A stretch of DNA of 64,000 bases from Candidatus Limnocylindrales bacterium (GTDB lineage Bacteria > Chloroflexota > Limnocylindria > Limnocylindrales > CSP1-4), in NCBI GenBank assembly GCA_038230295.1, contig JBBRNM010000001.1, positions 27,745 through 91,744 on the forward strand, given 5' to 3'. The first letter of the stretch is position 1. The number at the start of each line of letters is the position of its first letter. The notes under the pieces were generated by a model. It saw only the letters and a program-made list of their open reading frames with translations, was not told where the DNA came from and searched no databases. A program made the translations under genes and the position numbers. Shown here piece after piece: positions 1-9,293 of this stretch.

Positions 1-1768
1 CGAGGGGGAGTACCGCGTCGGCCACCAGGAGCAGCTCTACATCGAGGGCCAGGCGATGATCGCCGTGCCGGGCGAGGACGGCGGCGTGGTGATCCACGGC
101 TCGCTCCAGTGCCCCTACTACGTCCACAAGGCGCTCAAGCGGGCGCTCGCGATCACCTCGGTCCAGGCCCGGGTCATCCAGGAGGAGACCGGCGGCGGGT
201 TCGGCGGCAAGGAGGAGTACCCCTCGATGCTGGCGCTCCACGCCGTACTGCTCGCACTGAAGTGCCACCGGCCGGTGCGGATGATCTACGACCGCCACGA
301 GGACATCGCCGCGACGACGAAGCGCCATCCCGCGGTTGTCCGCCACCGGACCGGCATCTCCCGCGACGGCCGCCTCGTGGCCCAGGACATCGAGGTGATC
401 ATGGACGGCGGCGCGTACTCGACCCTTACGCCCGTTGTGCTCTCCCGCGGCGCGCTCCACGCCGGCGGTCCCTACCGCTGTCCGAACGTCCGGATCCAGG
501 CCCGGGCGACGCGGACGAACACGCCGCCCAACGGCGCGTTTCGGGGGTTCGGGGCGCCCCAGACCGAGTTCGCCGCCGAAGTCCATATCGACCGTCTCGC
601 CGAGCGCCTCGGCCTGAGCCCCGCCGAGGTCCGCGCCCGCAATGTCTACCGCCTCGGCGACGCGACGCCCACGGGCCAGGTCCTGCGCGAAAGCGTGGCT
701 GCCGAAGAGGTTCTGCGGCTTGCCGTCGAGACGTCCGGCTTCGAGCGGCTTCGCGACGAGACCGCCCGCGATCTCGGCGAGCGGCAGGGCTCGGGCACGA
801 TCCCCGCGGGCGTTCTCCGGACGAGCGCCACGCGGACGGCGATCGGTGTCGGCCTGGCCCTGGGCTGGCACGGGGCGGGATTCACGGGCTCCGGCGAGGT
901 CCATCTCGCCTCGGTTGCCGCAGTGGAGCTGACCGGCGACGGCCGGATCGAGATCCTCGTCGCGGCGACCGAGATGGGCCAGGGCACGAAGACGATCTTG
1001 CCGCAGCTCGTCGCGGCGGAGCTCGGCGTGCCGCAGGACTGGGTAGACCTCGCGACCCCCGACACGGCCCACGTTCCCGATTCGGGCCCCACGGTGGCGA
1101 GCCGGACGGCGATGGTCGTCGGCGGCCTGTGCATCCAGGCCGCCCGGCGGCTGAAGGCCGACGTGGAAGGGCGGAATCCCGGCATGCCATTCCACGAGGC
1201 GTTCCGCAACGACGCGCAGGACCACGGCCCCACCCGAATCGAGCAGGCATTCGAGCCGTATCCGGGGGTCGAGTTCGACGACGCGACGTATCGTGGCGAC
1301 GCCTATCCCGTGTTCGGCTGGGCCGCGGCTGTGGCGACGGTCGAGGTCGATCTCGATACCGCGGAAGTCGTCGTCCGGGATGTGCTCGCCGTCGACGACG
1401 TCGGGAAGGTCATCCATCGCGTGCTGTGCGAGGGCCAGGTCGAGGGCGGGACGCTCCAGGCCGTCGGCTACGCCACGATCGAGGAGATCAAGCTCGAGAA
1501 CGGCCGGTATCTCAATGACCGGCTGGCCACGTACCTGATTCCGACCGCACTCGACGCGCCGCAGATCCGGACGATCCTCGTCGAGGCGCCGTTCAGCGGC
1601 GCACCGCACGGTGCGAAGGGCGTCGGGGAGCTGCCGATGGACGTCGGGGCGCCGGCGGTGGTCGCCGCCATCCACGACGCCGTCGGTGTCTGGATCACCG
1701 AACTGCCCGCGACGCCGGAGCGAATCCTCGCCGCGCTCGCCAGACGCGACACGGGGGCCGTCGCATGA
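1..1768 (+). CDS. xanthine dehydrogenase / aldehyde oxidase family molybdopterin-binding large subunit (5' end truncated by window edge)
   Basis: The ORF frame continues upstream of the first in-frame ATG at 56. The translation (…GGKEEYPSM…, …FRGFGAPQ…, …GKVIHRVLCEGQVEGG…) matches CoxL/XdhB-family Mo-hydroxylase large subunits. It overlaps the next gene as ATGA. Confidence 0.85.
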   Translation, partial: EGEYRVGHQEQLYIEGQAMIAVPGEDGGVVIHGSLQCPYYVHKALKRALAITSVQARVIQEETGGGFGGKEEYPSMLALHAVLLALKCHRPVRMIYDRHEDIAATTKRHPAVVRHRTGISRDGRLVAQDIEVIMDGGAYSTLTPVVLSRGALHAGGPYRCPNVRIQARATRTNTPPNGAFRGFGAPQTEFAAEVHIDRLAERLGLSPAEVRARNVYRLGDATPTGQVLRESVAAEEVLRLAVETSGFERLRDETARDLGERQGSGTIPAGVLRTSATRTAIGVGLALGWHGAGFTGSGEVHLASVAAVELTGDGRIEILVAATEMGQGTKTILPQLVAAELGVPQDWVDLATPDTAHVPDSGPTVASRTAMVVGGLCIQAARRLKADVEGRNPGMPFHEAFRNDAQDHGPTRIEQAFEPYPGVEFDDATYRGDAYPVFGWAAAVATVEVDLDTAEVVVRDVLAVDDVGKVIHRVLCEGQVEGGTLQAVGYATIEEIKLENGRYLNDRLATYLIPTALDAPQIRTILVEAPFSGAPHGAKGVGELPMDVGAPAVVAAIHDAVGVWITELPATPERILAALARRDTGAVA

Positions 1769-2241
1769 GCGGCTTTCGCTTCCTCGTCAACGGCGCGCCG
1801 GCGGAGGTCGACGTGCCAGGGATGCGCCGTCTCCTCGATGTCCTCCGGGAGGACCTCGGGCTCACGGGCACGAAGGAGGGCTGTGGAGAAGGGGAGTGCG
1901 GGGCCTGCTCGGTCCTGCTCGACGGCCAGGTCGTCGACTCGTGCCTTGTCCCGATCTGCCAGGTGGAGGGCCGGATCGTGCGGACGGTCGAGGGGCTTTC
2001 GCTCGCGGCGCGGGAACGCGGGTCGCTCGACGCGCTCCAGGAGGCCTTCCTCGAGACCGGCGGCGCCCAGTGCGGGATCTGCACGCCGGGCATGCTCATG
2101 GCCGCTCTCGCCTACCTCGACGGCGGCGGCACCGCCGATGGGGATGCCATCCGGGAGGCGATCGCCGGAAACCTCTGCCGCTGCACCGGCTACACGAAGA
2201 TCGTGGAGGCAATCGCGATGGTCGCGACACCGCTCGCATGA
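1765..2241 (+). CDS. xanthine dehydrogenase (2Fe-2S)-binding small subunit
   Basis: Two Fe-S cysteine clusters are present (CGEGECGACSV and CGICTPGM…CRCTGY), typical of CoxS/XdhC-type ferredoxin subunits. It is translationally coupled (ATGA) on both sides. Confidence 0.88.
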   Translation: MSGFRFLVNGAPAEVDVPGMRRLLDVLREDLGLTGTKEGCGEGECGACSVLLDGQVVDSCLVPICQVEGRIVRTVEGLSLAARERGSLDALQEAFLETGGAQCGICTPGMLMAALAYLDGGGTADGDAIREAIAGNLCRCTGYTKIVEAIAMVATPLA

Positions 2242-2492
2242 CAGACGACATTCGGGCCGAGACCGGCGTCGAGGGTCCGGAGTCCGTTGCCCCGAAGCCC
2301 GTATCCGACGCGGACCAGCCGACCTTCCCCGAATGGGACCCGGAGCAGTTCGGCGAGCGAGCGGGCCAGGAGCCCGGGGACCTGATCCCGTCGCTCTCGC
2401 CGAAGCAGATCATCGGAGGCTTCGTTGCACTCGCGGCGGCGGTCGTGATCCTTCGACGTCTGGGCCGCTCTCGGCCCGGCCCGAAGGGCTGA
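2238..2492 (+). CDS. small hypothetical protein with a C-terminal transmembrane helix, embedded in the xdh operon
   Basis: The ATG at 2238 overlaps the stop of the Fe-S subunit (gcATGAca). It is 84 aa with a hydrophobic C-terminus (IIGGFVALAAAVVILRRL) and ends 10 nt before the FAD subunit. Confidence 0.45.
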   Translation: MTDDIRAETGVEGPESVAPKPVSDADQPTFPEWDPEQFGERAGQEPGDLIPSLSPKQIIGGFVALAAAVVILRRLGRSRPGPKG

Positions 2493-2502
2493 CGGCGGGC
2501 CG

Positions 2503-3357
2503 ATGCCGCCCGAGCCGCCGATCGACCTGCCGCTTCACCTGTTCGAGGCCTACGAGCGGCTCACAGCCGGGCCCTCGACGCCGATCGCCGGGGGCACCGA
2601 CCTCATGGTCAGGATCACCGGCGAGATCGGCCCGCCGCCGGATCGCCTCCTGGACCTGTCCCGGGTCGAGGAGCTCAAGGGCATCACCCTCGAGGCCGAT
2701 GGCCTCGTCCTCGGCGCGCTCACCACGTACACCGACATCCGCCGGTCCGCCCTCGTGCGGGAGCACCTGCCGGCGCTCGTCGAGGCCGCGGCGACGATCG
2801 GGGCGATGCAGATCCAGAACCGCGGCACGCTGGGGGGCAATATCGCCAATGCATCGCCGGCGGGGGACACGCCGCCGATCCTTCTGGCGACCGACGCGAT
2901 GATCCTCGTGGGCGGCCAGCGCGGAGAGCGCGAGATTCCGGCAAAGGACTTCTTCGTGGCCTACCGCAAGATCGCGCTCGCGGCGGACGAGCTGATCCTG
3001 CACGTCCGGTTCCCGCTCCCGGCCGGCCGCCGGGTCCGCTTCCGGAAGGTCGGCACGCGGCGCGCGCAGGCGATCAGCAAGGTGGTCCTCGCGGCCTCGT
3101 GGCGAGACGGCGGCCACGATGGCTGGTCCGATGTCCGGGTGGCCTTCGGCAGTGTCGCCCCCACGCCGATCCGGGCGGCCGCGACGGAGCGGCTCCTCGA
3201 GGGCAGCCGGCCCACTCCCGCCGTCGCCGACGCCGCGGCCGAGATGCTCGCCGCCGAGCTCGAACCGATCGACGACGTTCGCTCCACGGCCGACTACCGC
3301 CGGACCGTGGCGGCCCGGATCCTGCACCGGGTCATCCGCGAGGCCGGCGGGTGGTGA
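2503..3357 (+). CDS. xanthine dehydrogenase FAD-binding subunit (CoxM/XdhA-like)
   Basis: The protein resembles the FAD-binding domain of molybdopterin dehydrogenases (…PIAGGTDLMV…, …NRGTLGGNIANASPAGD…). It is 284 aa. Confidence 0.85.
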   Translation: MPPEPPIDLPLHLFEAYERLTAGPSTPIAGGTDLMVRITGEIGPPPDRLLDLSRVEELKGITLEADGLVLGALTTYTDIRRSALVREHLPALVEAAATIGAMQIQNRGTLGGNIANASPAGDTPPILLATDAMILVGGQRGEREIPAKDFFVAYRKIALAADELILHVRFPLPAGRRVRFRKVGTRRAQAISKVVLAASWRDGGHDGWSDVRVAFGSVAPTPIRAAATERLLEGSRPTPAVADAAAEMLAAELEPIDDVRSTADYRRTVAARILHRVIREAGGW

Positions 3358-3362
3358 GGCGG

Positions 3363-3878
3363 ATGGCGCAGCCCTCGATCATGGAGCTCGAAGGGCTCGA
3401 TCACGAGCCATTTGCCGGCCGGCTCGCGCCGCTCTTCGAGGGTGCGCCGCGGTTCCTCGCCCACCTGGCCGCCGCGCGCCCGTATGACTCGTGGGCGGAC
3501 CTCTTCCGCCGGGCGCGAGCGATCGCCCATGCGATGCCCGAGGCCGAGCAACGGGAGCTCGTCAACGCGCATCCGCGGCTCGGCGCGACACGTGAGCGCG
3601 TGTCGGCACTCTCGTCTCGGGAGCAGGGCTACGACCGAGCCGCGACGGCGCCCCCTCAGGATGCGATCGCGGCGACCCTCGCCCGGCTGAACGAGGCCTA
3701 CGAGACCAGATTCGGCTTTCGCTACTGCGCCTTCGTCGCCGGCCGATCGCTGGCCGAGCTCCTCCCGGATTTCGAGGCCGCGCTGGCGGCCGATCGCGAC
3801 GCGGAGCTGGAACGGGCGCTCGACGCGGTCGTCGACATCGCGGATTCGCGTCACCGGACGCTGTCGGCCGATGGCTGA
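3363..3878 (+). CDS. uraD: 2-oxo-4-hydroxy-4-carboxy-5-ureidoimidazoline (OHCU) decarboxylase
   Basis: Internal ATG of the longer ORF 3099..3878. The translation (MAQPSIMELEGL…LVNAHPRLGA…RFGFRYCAFVAGRS…) matches the OHCU decarboxylase family. It overlaps the uricase start by 8 nt (ATGGCTGA). Confidence 0.8.
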   Translation: MAQPSIMELEGLDHEPFAGRLAPLFEGAPRFLAHLAAARPYDSWADLFRRARAIAHAMPEAEQRELVNAHPRLGATRERVSALSSREQGYDRAATAPPQDAIAATLARLNEAYETRFGFRYCAFVAGRSLAELLPDFEAALAADRDAELERALDAVVDIADSRHRTLSADG

Positions 3879-4734
3879 CTACGTGCTCGGCGAAAACCGC
3901 TACGGCAAGTCCCGGATCCGGCTGGTCACGGTCCGCCGGGACGGCGATCGCCACGACCTCCGCGACCTGACAGTTGATGTCTCCCTCGAGGGCGACTTCG
4001 AGGCGGCTCACATAAGCGGGGACAACGCGAACCTCGTGGCGACCGACACGATGAAGAATACGGTCTACGCGTTCGCGAAGGACCGGCTCACGGGTTCGCC
4101 GGAGGCCTTCGGGCTCGAGCTGGCCCGCCACTTCGCCGCCGAGCCACAGGTCGCGCGGGCAGCCATCTCGCTGCGCGAGCACGCCTGGTCCCGAATCGAG
4201 GTCGACGGACGACCGGCGCCGGATGCGTTCACGCGGTCGGCCGTCGAAACCCGCACCGCGACCGTCGCGCTGGCCGGAGACAGGACGGAGATCGAGGCCG
4301 GCATCGAAGACCTCACGATCCTCAAGACGACCCGATCGACGTTCTCGGGCTTCGAGCGCGACCGCTACACGACCCTGCCCGAAACGGACGACCGGATCAT
4401 GGCGACCAGGATCACCGCCACCTGGGGCTATGGCGACGCGGCGCTCGCCGGACCGTTCGATTTCGACGCGGCCCACGTCGCCCTGCGCGACCGCCTGCTC
4501 GAAACCCTGGCCGAGCACGTCAGCCCATCCGTTCAGGCCTCCATCTGGATCATGGCCACGGCGATGCTCGACGCCGAGCCCGCGATCGACTGGGTCCGGA
4601 TGGTCCTGCCGAACCTGCACCACTGGCGGGTCGATCTCGCGCCATTCGGGCTGGACAACCGCGAAGAGATCTTCGTCTCGACCACGGAGCCGCACGGCCT
4701 GATCGACGCGACGGTCCGGCGCCGCGCGCGATGA
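3871..4734 (+). CDS. pucL: urate oxidase (uricase)
   Basis: N-terminus MADYVLGENRYGKSRIRLVTV… and overall uricase-like sequence, 287 aa. It sits within the purine-catabolism cluster. Confidence 0.85.
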   Translation: MADYVLGENRYGKSRIRLVTVRRDGDRHDLRDLTVDVSLEGDFEAAHISGDNANLVATDTMKNTVYAFAKDRLTGSPEAFGLELARHFAAEPQVARAAISLREHAWSRIEVDGRPAPDAFTRSAVETRTATVALAGDRTEIEAGIEDLTILKTTRSTFSGFERDRYTTLPETDDRIMATRITATWGYGDAALAGPFDFDAAHVALRDRLLETLAEHVSPSVQASIWIMATAMLDAEPAIDWVRMVLPNLHHWRVDLAPFGLDNREEIFVSTTEPHGLIDATVRRRAR

Positions 4735-4771
4735 CGCGACCGCGACGAGGACGCCGCCCGCCGGACTGATC

Positions 4772-5695
4772 TCAGGCGTGCAACCAGGTCACGCTGAATG
4801 AAGCGCCATCCCGGGAGAGCGGCGAGACCTGGAGCCGCTCGTAACCGCCGGCCCATTCGTCGATCTCGTTCCGGAGCCAGGCTCGCGAGCCGATCGCACC
4901 GACCGCGCCGGCCATCGATGCGCTCCCGGCCGTGAACGTCAGCGAGGCGAACGGCGGGACCGGTAGGCCGTCCTCGCCCTCGACGATCCAGTCGCCGCTA
5001 CTGCGGTGGAGGCCCGCGTCCGCCTGATCGACCGTTCGGACGTCGCCGCTCGTCAGGTTGGCAATCGTCATGTGAACGGTGCCGGCGCTGAACCTGACCT
5101 GGGCCCAGATCCGGTCGCCGGAGATGATGACCAGGTCGCCACGGTGCGTGGCGGTCGGCTCGAACGGCAGGTCCTTCGGCTCTCGCGGAAGGCGCTGGTG
5201 CCAGGCGTAGTGGTCGGCGACGCCATTCGCGCAATCCACGCCGGTGCCGGTCTTCTCGAGGGCGTGGCCGTCGTCGGTGATGCCCGTGTCGCGGCTCGAG
5301 TAGCCGCCGATCCCGACCCAGATCACCAGCGCCGCATCGACGCTGCCGCACGTGACGGTGGGCTCGATCCACGAACCCTCCACGCAGCCGAAGGTCCCCG
5401 GCGGGAACGCGGCGACGTAGCCGGCCCAGGTCGAATTCCGATGGACCGAGGTGCCAACCCCGCTGCTCGGGGAGCCCGAGCAGTGGCTGAGGGTCGCTGC
5501 GGCGACGGGCGAACGCTGGGGCGTCGGCACGGGCGAGGCGGTCGGGCTGGGAGATGACGCAGGCAGCGCCGAAGGAGCGGCCGTCGCGAGGTACGTCTGC
5601 TGGGTCGGCGAGGCCTTGACCGGACCGCCACTGCAGCCCGACAGGAGCGCCACTGCGATGCTGCCGAGGATCGCCAGCCGCGAGAACCGAGCCAT
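4772..5695 (-). CDS. secreted lipoprotein, peptidase G1 (eqolisin/scytalidoglutamic peptidase, Peptidase_A4) family-like
   Basis: Internal start M25 with a GAGG SD 5 nt upstream and a lipobox (LLSGC). Motifs NSTWAGY…, IWVGIGG and GDWIVEGED resemble the SSNWAG/AWVGIDG/EWIVED signature of G1 peptidases. Confidence 0.55.
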   Translation of the reverse strand: MARFSRLAILGSIAVALLSGCSGGPVKASPTQQTYLATAAPSALPASSPSPTASPVPTPQRSPVAAATLSHCSGSPSSGVGTSVHRNSTWAGYVAAFPPGTFGCVEGSWIEPTVTCGSVDAALVIWVGIGGYSSRDTGITDDGHALEKTGTGVDCANGVADHYAWHQRLPREPKDLPFEPTATHRGDLVIISGDRIWAQVRFSAGTVHMTIANLTSGDVRTVDQADAGLHRSSGDWIVEGEDGLPVPPFASLTFTAGSASMAGAVGAIGSRAWLRNEIDEWAGGYERLQVSPLSRDGASFSVTWLHA

Positions 5696-5791
5696 GCCGC
5701 CTCGTTCGATCTCGCGAGGGCTCAGGCTTCCCGCTGGGCTGCAGGGACGCGAGGCGCGAGTCCCCACGCTGACGCCTCCGGGGACACCTTG

Positions 5792-7222
5792 TTACGCGGC
5801 GTGCTCCGGATCGCCGCCCGCGCTGAACCGCGCAACGAATTCGCCGGCGCCGCGCCGGCCAACGAAGCGGCCATCGCGGATGACCGGGCGGCCGCGTGAG
5901 AAGACGCTGCGAACCGCGCCCTGAAGCTCGAAGCCCTCGTACGGCGTGTAGTCGCTGGTGTGGTGCAGCTCGGCTGCCCGAAGGGTCCGGCGAGCCGCCG
6001 GATCGAAGAGGACGAGATCGGCATCCTTGCCGACCTCGATTGCGCCCTTGCGCTCGAGGCCGAAGAGGCGGGCGGGCGTCGTCGCAATGAGATCGACCAT
6101 CCGCTCGACCGTGAGGCGACGCTTCGCGACGCCCGCGGAGTAGAGGATCGCCAGCAGCGTCTCGATGCCGGGCGCCCCGTTGCTGATCTTGTCGAACGAA
6201 ACGCCACGTTCCGCGTCGGCCTTTTCGACTCCGGCTCGGTCGGGGACATGGTCGGTCGCGACGAGATCGAGATCCCCTGCAGCCAGGCCCAGCCAGAGGG
6301 CGTCCTGATCGGCGGCGGGACGGAGCGGTGGGGAGATCACGTACTTCGCGACGCTCGCATCGTCCGGGCCGAGGTAGCGGTCGTCGGTCAGCGCGAGATA
6401 ATGGGGGCAGGTCTCCGTATGCGCCCGGACGCCGCGCGCCCGCGCCGCGCGGACGTGTCGCAACGCGGCCGCGGACGAGAGATGGACGACGTGGACCGGC
6501 GCGCCACTGGCCTCGGCGAAGGCCATCACCCGCTCGGTCGCAAGAGCCTCGGCCTCGGTCGATCGTGTCGCCGCATGGAACCGTGGCGCGGTCTCGCCGC
6601 GGGCGAGCGCGGCGACCACGGCCGTGTCGATGAGGACCGGGTCCTCGCAGTGGACTTGGAGCATCCCGCCCCGCGAAGCGAGCACGCGTATCGCCTCGAA
6701 GATCCGGGCTTCATCGAGCCGGAAGTCGAAGACCATGAACGCCTTCGCGGTTGCGACGCCCGCATCGACCATGGCCGGCAGCTCGGCGATGGGATCGTCC
6801 ATCCGGCCGCTGATGACGAGGCTGATCCCGTAGTCGATCGCGCTGTCGTGCTCGGTCGTGGCGCGCCACTCGTGAAGGCCGGCCAACAGCGAGCGCTCAG
6901 CGGCCGGCGAGGAGCCGGTGCCGGGGTTGTTGAACGCGAGGAAGGTCGTGGTCCCGCCGAATGCGGCCGCCACGGAGTCCCGGAAGAAGCGATCGGGCTC
7001 GGCGTCCGTCGCGACGCGCGTGTGGGTGTGGACGTCCACGGCGCCTGGAAGCACGAGCAGCCCCGTCGCGTCGATGACCTCGGCCGCTCCACGGAGGCGC
7101 TCCCCGGGGTCCGCCTCGATGGCGCTGATCGCGCCGTTGCGAACGGCGACGTCGGCGCGCCGGGAACCCCTGACCGTGACGACGGTCCCACCGCGGACGA
7201 GGAGGTCCGGGTCGGGCGCCAT
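5792..7222 (-). CDS. cyclic amidohydrolase of the allantoinase/dihydropyrimidinase/hydantoinase family (probable allantoinase given context)
   Basis: Start chosen at the internal M (MAPDPDLLVRGGTVV…). The metal-binding motif VDVHTH and overall amidohydrolase architecture are present. It lies in the uricolytic cluster. Confidence 0.75.
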   Translation of the reverse strand: MAPDPDLLVRGGTVVTVRGSRRADVAVRNGAISAIEADPGERLRGAAEVIDATGLLVLPGAVDVHTHTRVATDAEPDRFFRDSVAAAFGGTTTFLAFNNPGTGSSPAAERSLLAGLHEWRATTEHDSAIDYGISLVISGRMDDPIAELPAMVDAGVATAKAFMVFDFRLDEARIFEAIRVLASRGGMLQVHCEDPVLIDTAVVAALARGETAPRFHAATRSTEAEALATERVMAFAEASGAPVHVVHLSSAAALRHVRAARARGVRAHTETCPHYLALTDDRYLGPDDASVAKYVISPPLRPAADQDALWLGLAAGDLDLVATDHVPDRAGVEKADAERGVSFDKISNGAPGIETLLAILYSAGVAKRRLTVERMVDLIATTPARLFGLERKGAIEVGKDADLVLFDPAARRTLRAAELHHTSDYTPYEGFELQGAVRSVFSRGRPVIRDGRFVGRRGAGEFVARFSAGGDPEHAA

Positions 7223-7229
7223 CGACGCG

Positions 7230-7652
7230 CTACTCCGCCTCGACGATCCGGATCGGCTGGGCGCCGTCCCACAGGACGCGCCGGCCGACCTCGCGGAGAC
7301 GGTCCTGCCAGCCGGCATCCGGCTCGATCGTGGCGAAGTGATTCGCCGCCAGCTGGCCAACCTTCGACGCCGTCATGCAGGCGCCGTACGGAAAGAAGAT
7401 CTCGCACTCGTTGATCCCGCCCGGGTAGATCGCCAGCTGGCCCGGCGCCGGATGCGAGGTGTGGTTCTCGAAGTCGATGCCCGGCCGGAAGTCGCCGAGC
7501 GGGATCCAGGTCGATTCGCCGGACCAGCGGCAGTGGATGAGCCGGCTCTCGATCGGCAGCATCGCCCGGATCGCCTCCCTGGTCCGAGGCGCGGCCGCCT
7601 CCCAGCGGGCGCTAAAGTGCAGATCGCCGACGGTGATCTCCAGGTGGCTCAT
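7230..7652 (-). CDS. hypothetical protein (possibly DUF3830/cyclophilin-like family)
   Basis: 140-aa ORF with balanced composition, 8 nt upstream of the amidohydrolase on the same strand. Family assignment is from memory only. Confidence 0.5.
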   Translation of the reverse strand: MSHLEITVGDLHFSARWEAAAPRTREAIRAMLPIESRLIHCRWSGESTWIPLGDFRPGIDFENHTSHPAPGQLAIYPGGINECEIFFPYGACMTASKVGQLAANHFATIEPDAGWQDRLREVGRRVLWDGAQPIRIVEAE

Positions 7653-7666
7653 GGGCGGGAGGATAC

Positions 7667-8062
7667 GTGGCCGAGACGGCAGGCGGTGGACCAGGCGGTC
7701 GACCGGGTTCGAGCGGCACCTCGCCGACGATCTCGACCCACGTCCTCGACACCGAGACGGGCCAGCCGGCGGTCGGAATCCACGTGAGCCTCTACAAGCT
7801 CGGCGAGGACGACCGGCCGATCCGCCTGACGCAGGCCTTCACCGATGGCGACGGTCGGGTCCGCGATCTCCTCGAGCGCCCGATGTCGCCGGGGACCTAC
7901 CGGCTCGAGTTCCGCCTCGGCGGTCGGCCGAACCCGCGAGCCGATGGCGGCCCGTTCTTCCAGAAGCTCGCGGTGGACCTGCGGGTCGATGACACGTCCC
8001 GCTCCTACCACGTCCCCCTGCTGCTCGCGCCGTTCTCGATGACGACCTACCGCGGCAGCTGA
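7667..8062 (+). CDS. uraH: 5-hydroxyisourate hydrolase (transthyretin-like HIUase)
   Basis: The core …THVLDTETGQPA…DGDGRV…YHVPLLLAPFSMTTYRGS carries the diagnostic C-terminal YRGS tetrapeptide. A Gly/Ser-rich N-terminal extension of about 27 aa makes the start uncertain. Confidence 0.82.
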   Translation: MAETAGGGPGGRPGSSGTSPTISTHVLDTETGQPAVGIHVSLYKLGEDDRPIRLTQAFTDGDGRVRDLLERPMSPGTYRLEFRLGGRPNPRADGGPFFQKLAVDLRVDDTSRSYHVPLLLAPFSMTTYRGS

Positions 8063-8069
8063 CCGCGCC

Positions 8070-9146
8070 TCAGGACGCGGCGCCGGGCCTCGGGTCTGAG
8101 GGCGCCGGCCGCGTCGGCAGATCGTCGTAGCCCTTGTGGCGGTAGATCGCGGTCGAGATCGCCCAGCTCAGGACGAAGATCGCGACGATCCCGAAGCCGA
8201 TCAGGCCGAAGTCGAGATTCCCGACGAGGTCCCACGGGCCGCCGTGGAGGCCGAGTCGATCGGCGACGATGCTGAGGACCTCGACGCCGCCGATGAGGAA
8301 GGCGATCAGGACCGACACGAGCGTGATGTTGAGGTTGTAGTAGAGCTTCCGGATCGGCTTGACGTAGGCCCAGCCGTAGGCGCCGAGCATCATCACGCCG
8401 TCGGTCGTATCCACCAAGGACATCCCCGCGGCGAACAGGGCCGGCAGGATGAGGATGTAGCCGATCGGGAGGTGGTTGGCGCCCGATGTCGCGGCAAGGC
8501 CCAGGAGCGCGACCTCGCTCGCGGTGTCGAAGCCGAGGCCGAACAGCACCCCGAGCGGGTACATGTGCCAGCTCGTGCGGATCATCCGCAGCACGGGTCG
8601 CAGGATCCGGGCCAGGAGGCCGCGGTTGTTCAGGAAGTCCTCGAGCGATTCCTCGCTGTACTCGCCGCCCGCGGAGACCTCTCGGAACATCCGGTAGATG
8701 TCGAGGAGGACCACGAGGTTGATCGTGCCGATAAGCAACAGGAACACGGCCGAAACGCTCGTGCCGATGAGGCTTCCGACCTCGCGAAGCGTCGGGATAT
8801 CGCTGACGAGCCCGGCCGAGATCGCCAGGAGAACCGACAGTGCGACGACGATCGTCGAGTGACCCAGCGAGAAGAACAACCCGACCCCGACGGGTCGCTG
8901 GCCGTCCTGCATGAGCTTCCGGGTCGTGTTGTCGATCGCGGCGATGTGGTCGGCGTCGACCGCATGCCGAAGCCCGAACGTGTAGGCGAGGAAGGCCGCC
9001 GGCAGGAGGATCGGGTACTGCATCGAGGCCCAGATCGCGAATGCCCAGGCGCCGAGATTGAAGACCGCCAGGAAGCCGTACACCCGCACGATTCGCGTTC
9101 GAAGCTCGCTCGGGGTCCGCAGCATCTGGATCGCGTTCGCGAGCAT
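8070..9146 (-). CDS. HoxN/HupN/NixA-family high-affinity nickel/cobalt permease (NiCoT)
   Basis: Multi-TM protein with the NiCoT signature HAVDADHIAAIDN in TM2. It is 358 aa. Confidence 0.85.
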   Translation of the reverse strand: MLANAIQMLRTPSELRTRIVRVYGFLAVFNLGAWAFAIWASMQYPILLPAAFLAYTFGLRHAVDADHIAAIDNTTRKLMQDGQRPVGVGLFFSLGHSTIVVALSVLLAISAGLVSDIPTLREVGSLIGTSVSAVFLLLIGTINLVVLLDIYRMFREVSAGGEYSEESLEDFLNNRGLLARILRPVLRMIRTSWHMYPLGVLFGLGFDTASEVALLGLAATSGANHLPIGYILILPALFAAGMSLVDTTDGVMMLGAYGWAYVKPIRKLYYNLNITLVSVLIAFLIGGVEVLSIVADRLGLHGGPWDLVGNLDFGLIGFGIVAIFVLSWAISTAIYRHKGYDDLPTRPAPSDPRPGAAS

Positions 9147-9200
9147 CGATGTCCTCGTGCAGTCGTGGCCTGGGATCGAGGGTATCGCCCGTCCATCGTT

Positions 9201-9218
9201 GTTGCAAGAGCTTGCAAC
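9201..9218. promoter_or_regulatory. 8-2-8 inverted repeat GTTGCAAG-ag-CTTGCAAC (two TTGCAA hexamers) between the divergent NiCoT and Fur-family genes. This is a candidate Nur/Fur-family operator.
   Basis: The palindrome is seen directly and lies about 55 nt upstream of the NiCoT start. A second, weaker IR GGACGT-N18-ACGTCC follows at about 9222-9252. TTGCAA-type half sites are reported for the Streptomyces Nur box, recalled from memory. Confidence 0.45.
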
Positions 9219-9293
9219 ATGGACGTGTTGCGCTATCTTCGAATACGTCCGAGCGACTTCGGCGGATCAGAAGCGACGTAGGCTGATGGCGAT

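Noticed and set aside
1611-2492. 293-aa ORF spanning the end of the Mo subunit, the Fe-S subunit and the small TM ORF
   Set aside because: It is out of frame with both well-supported xdh subunits. Only its last 84 codons, from the ATGA-coupled ATG at 2238, form a plausible independent gene.
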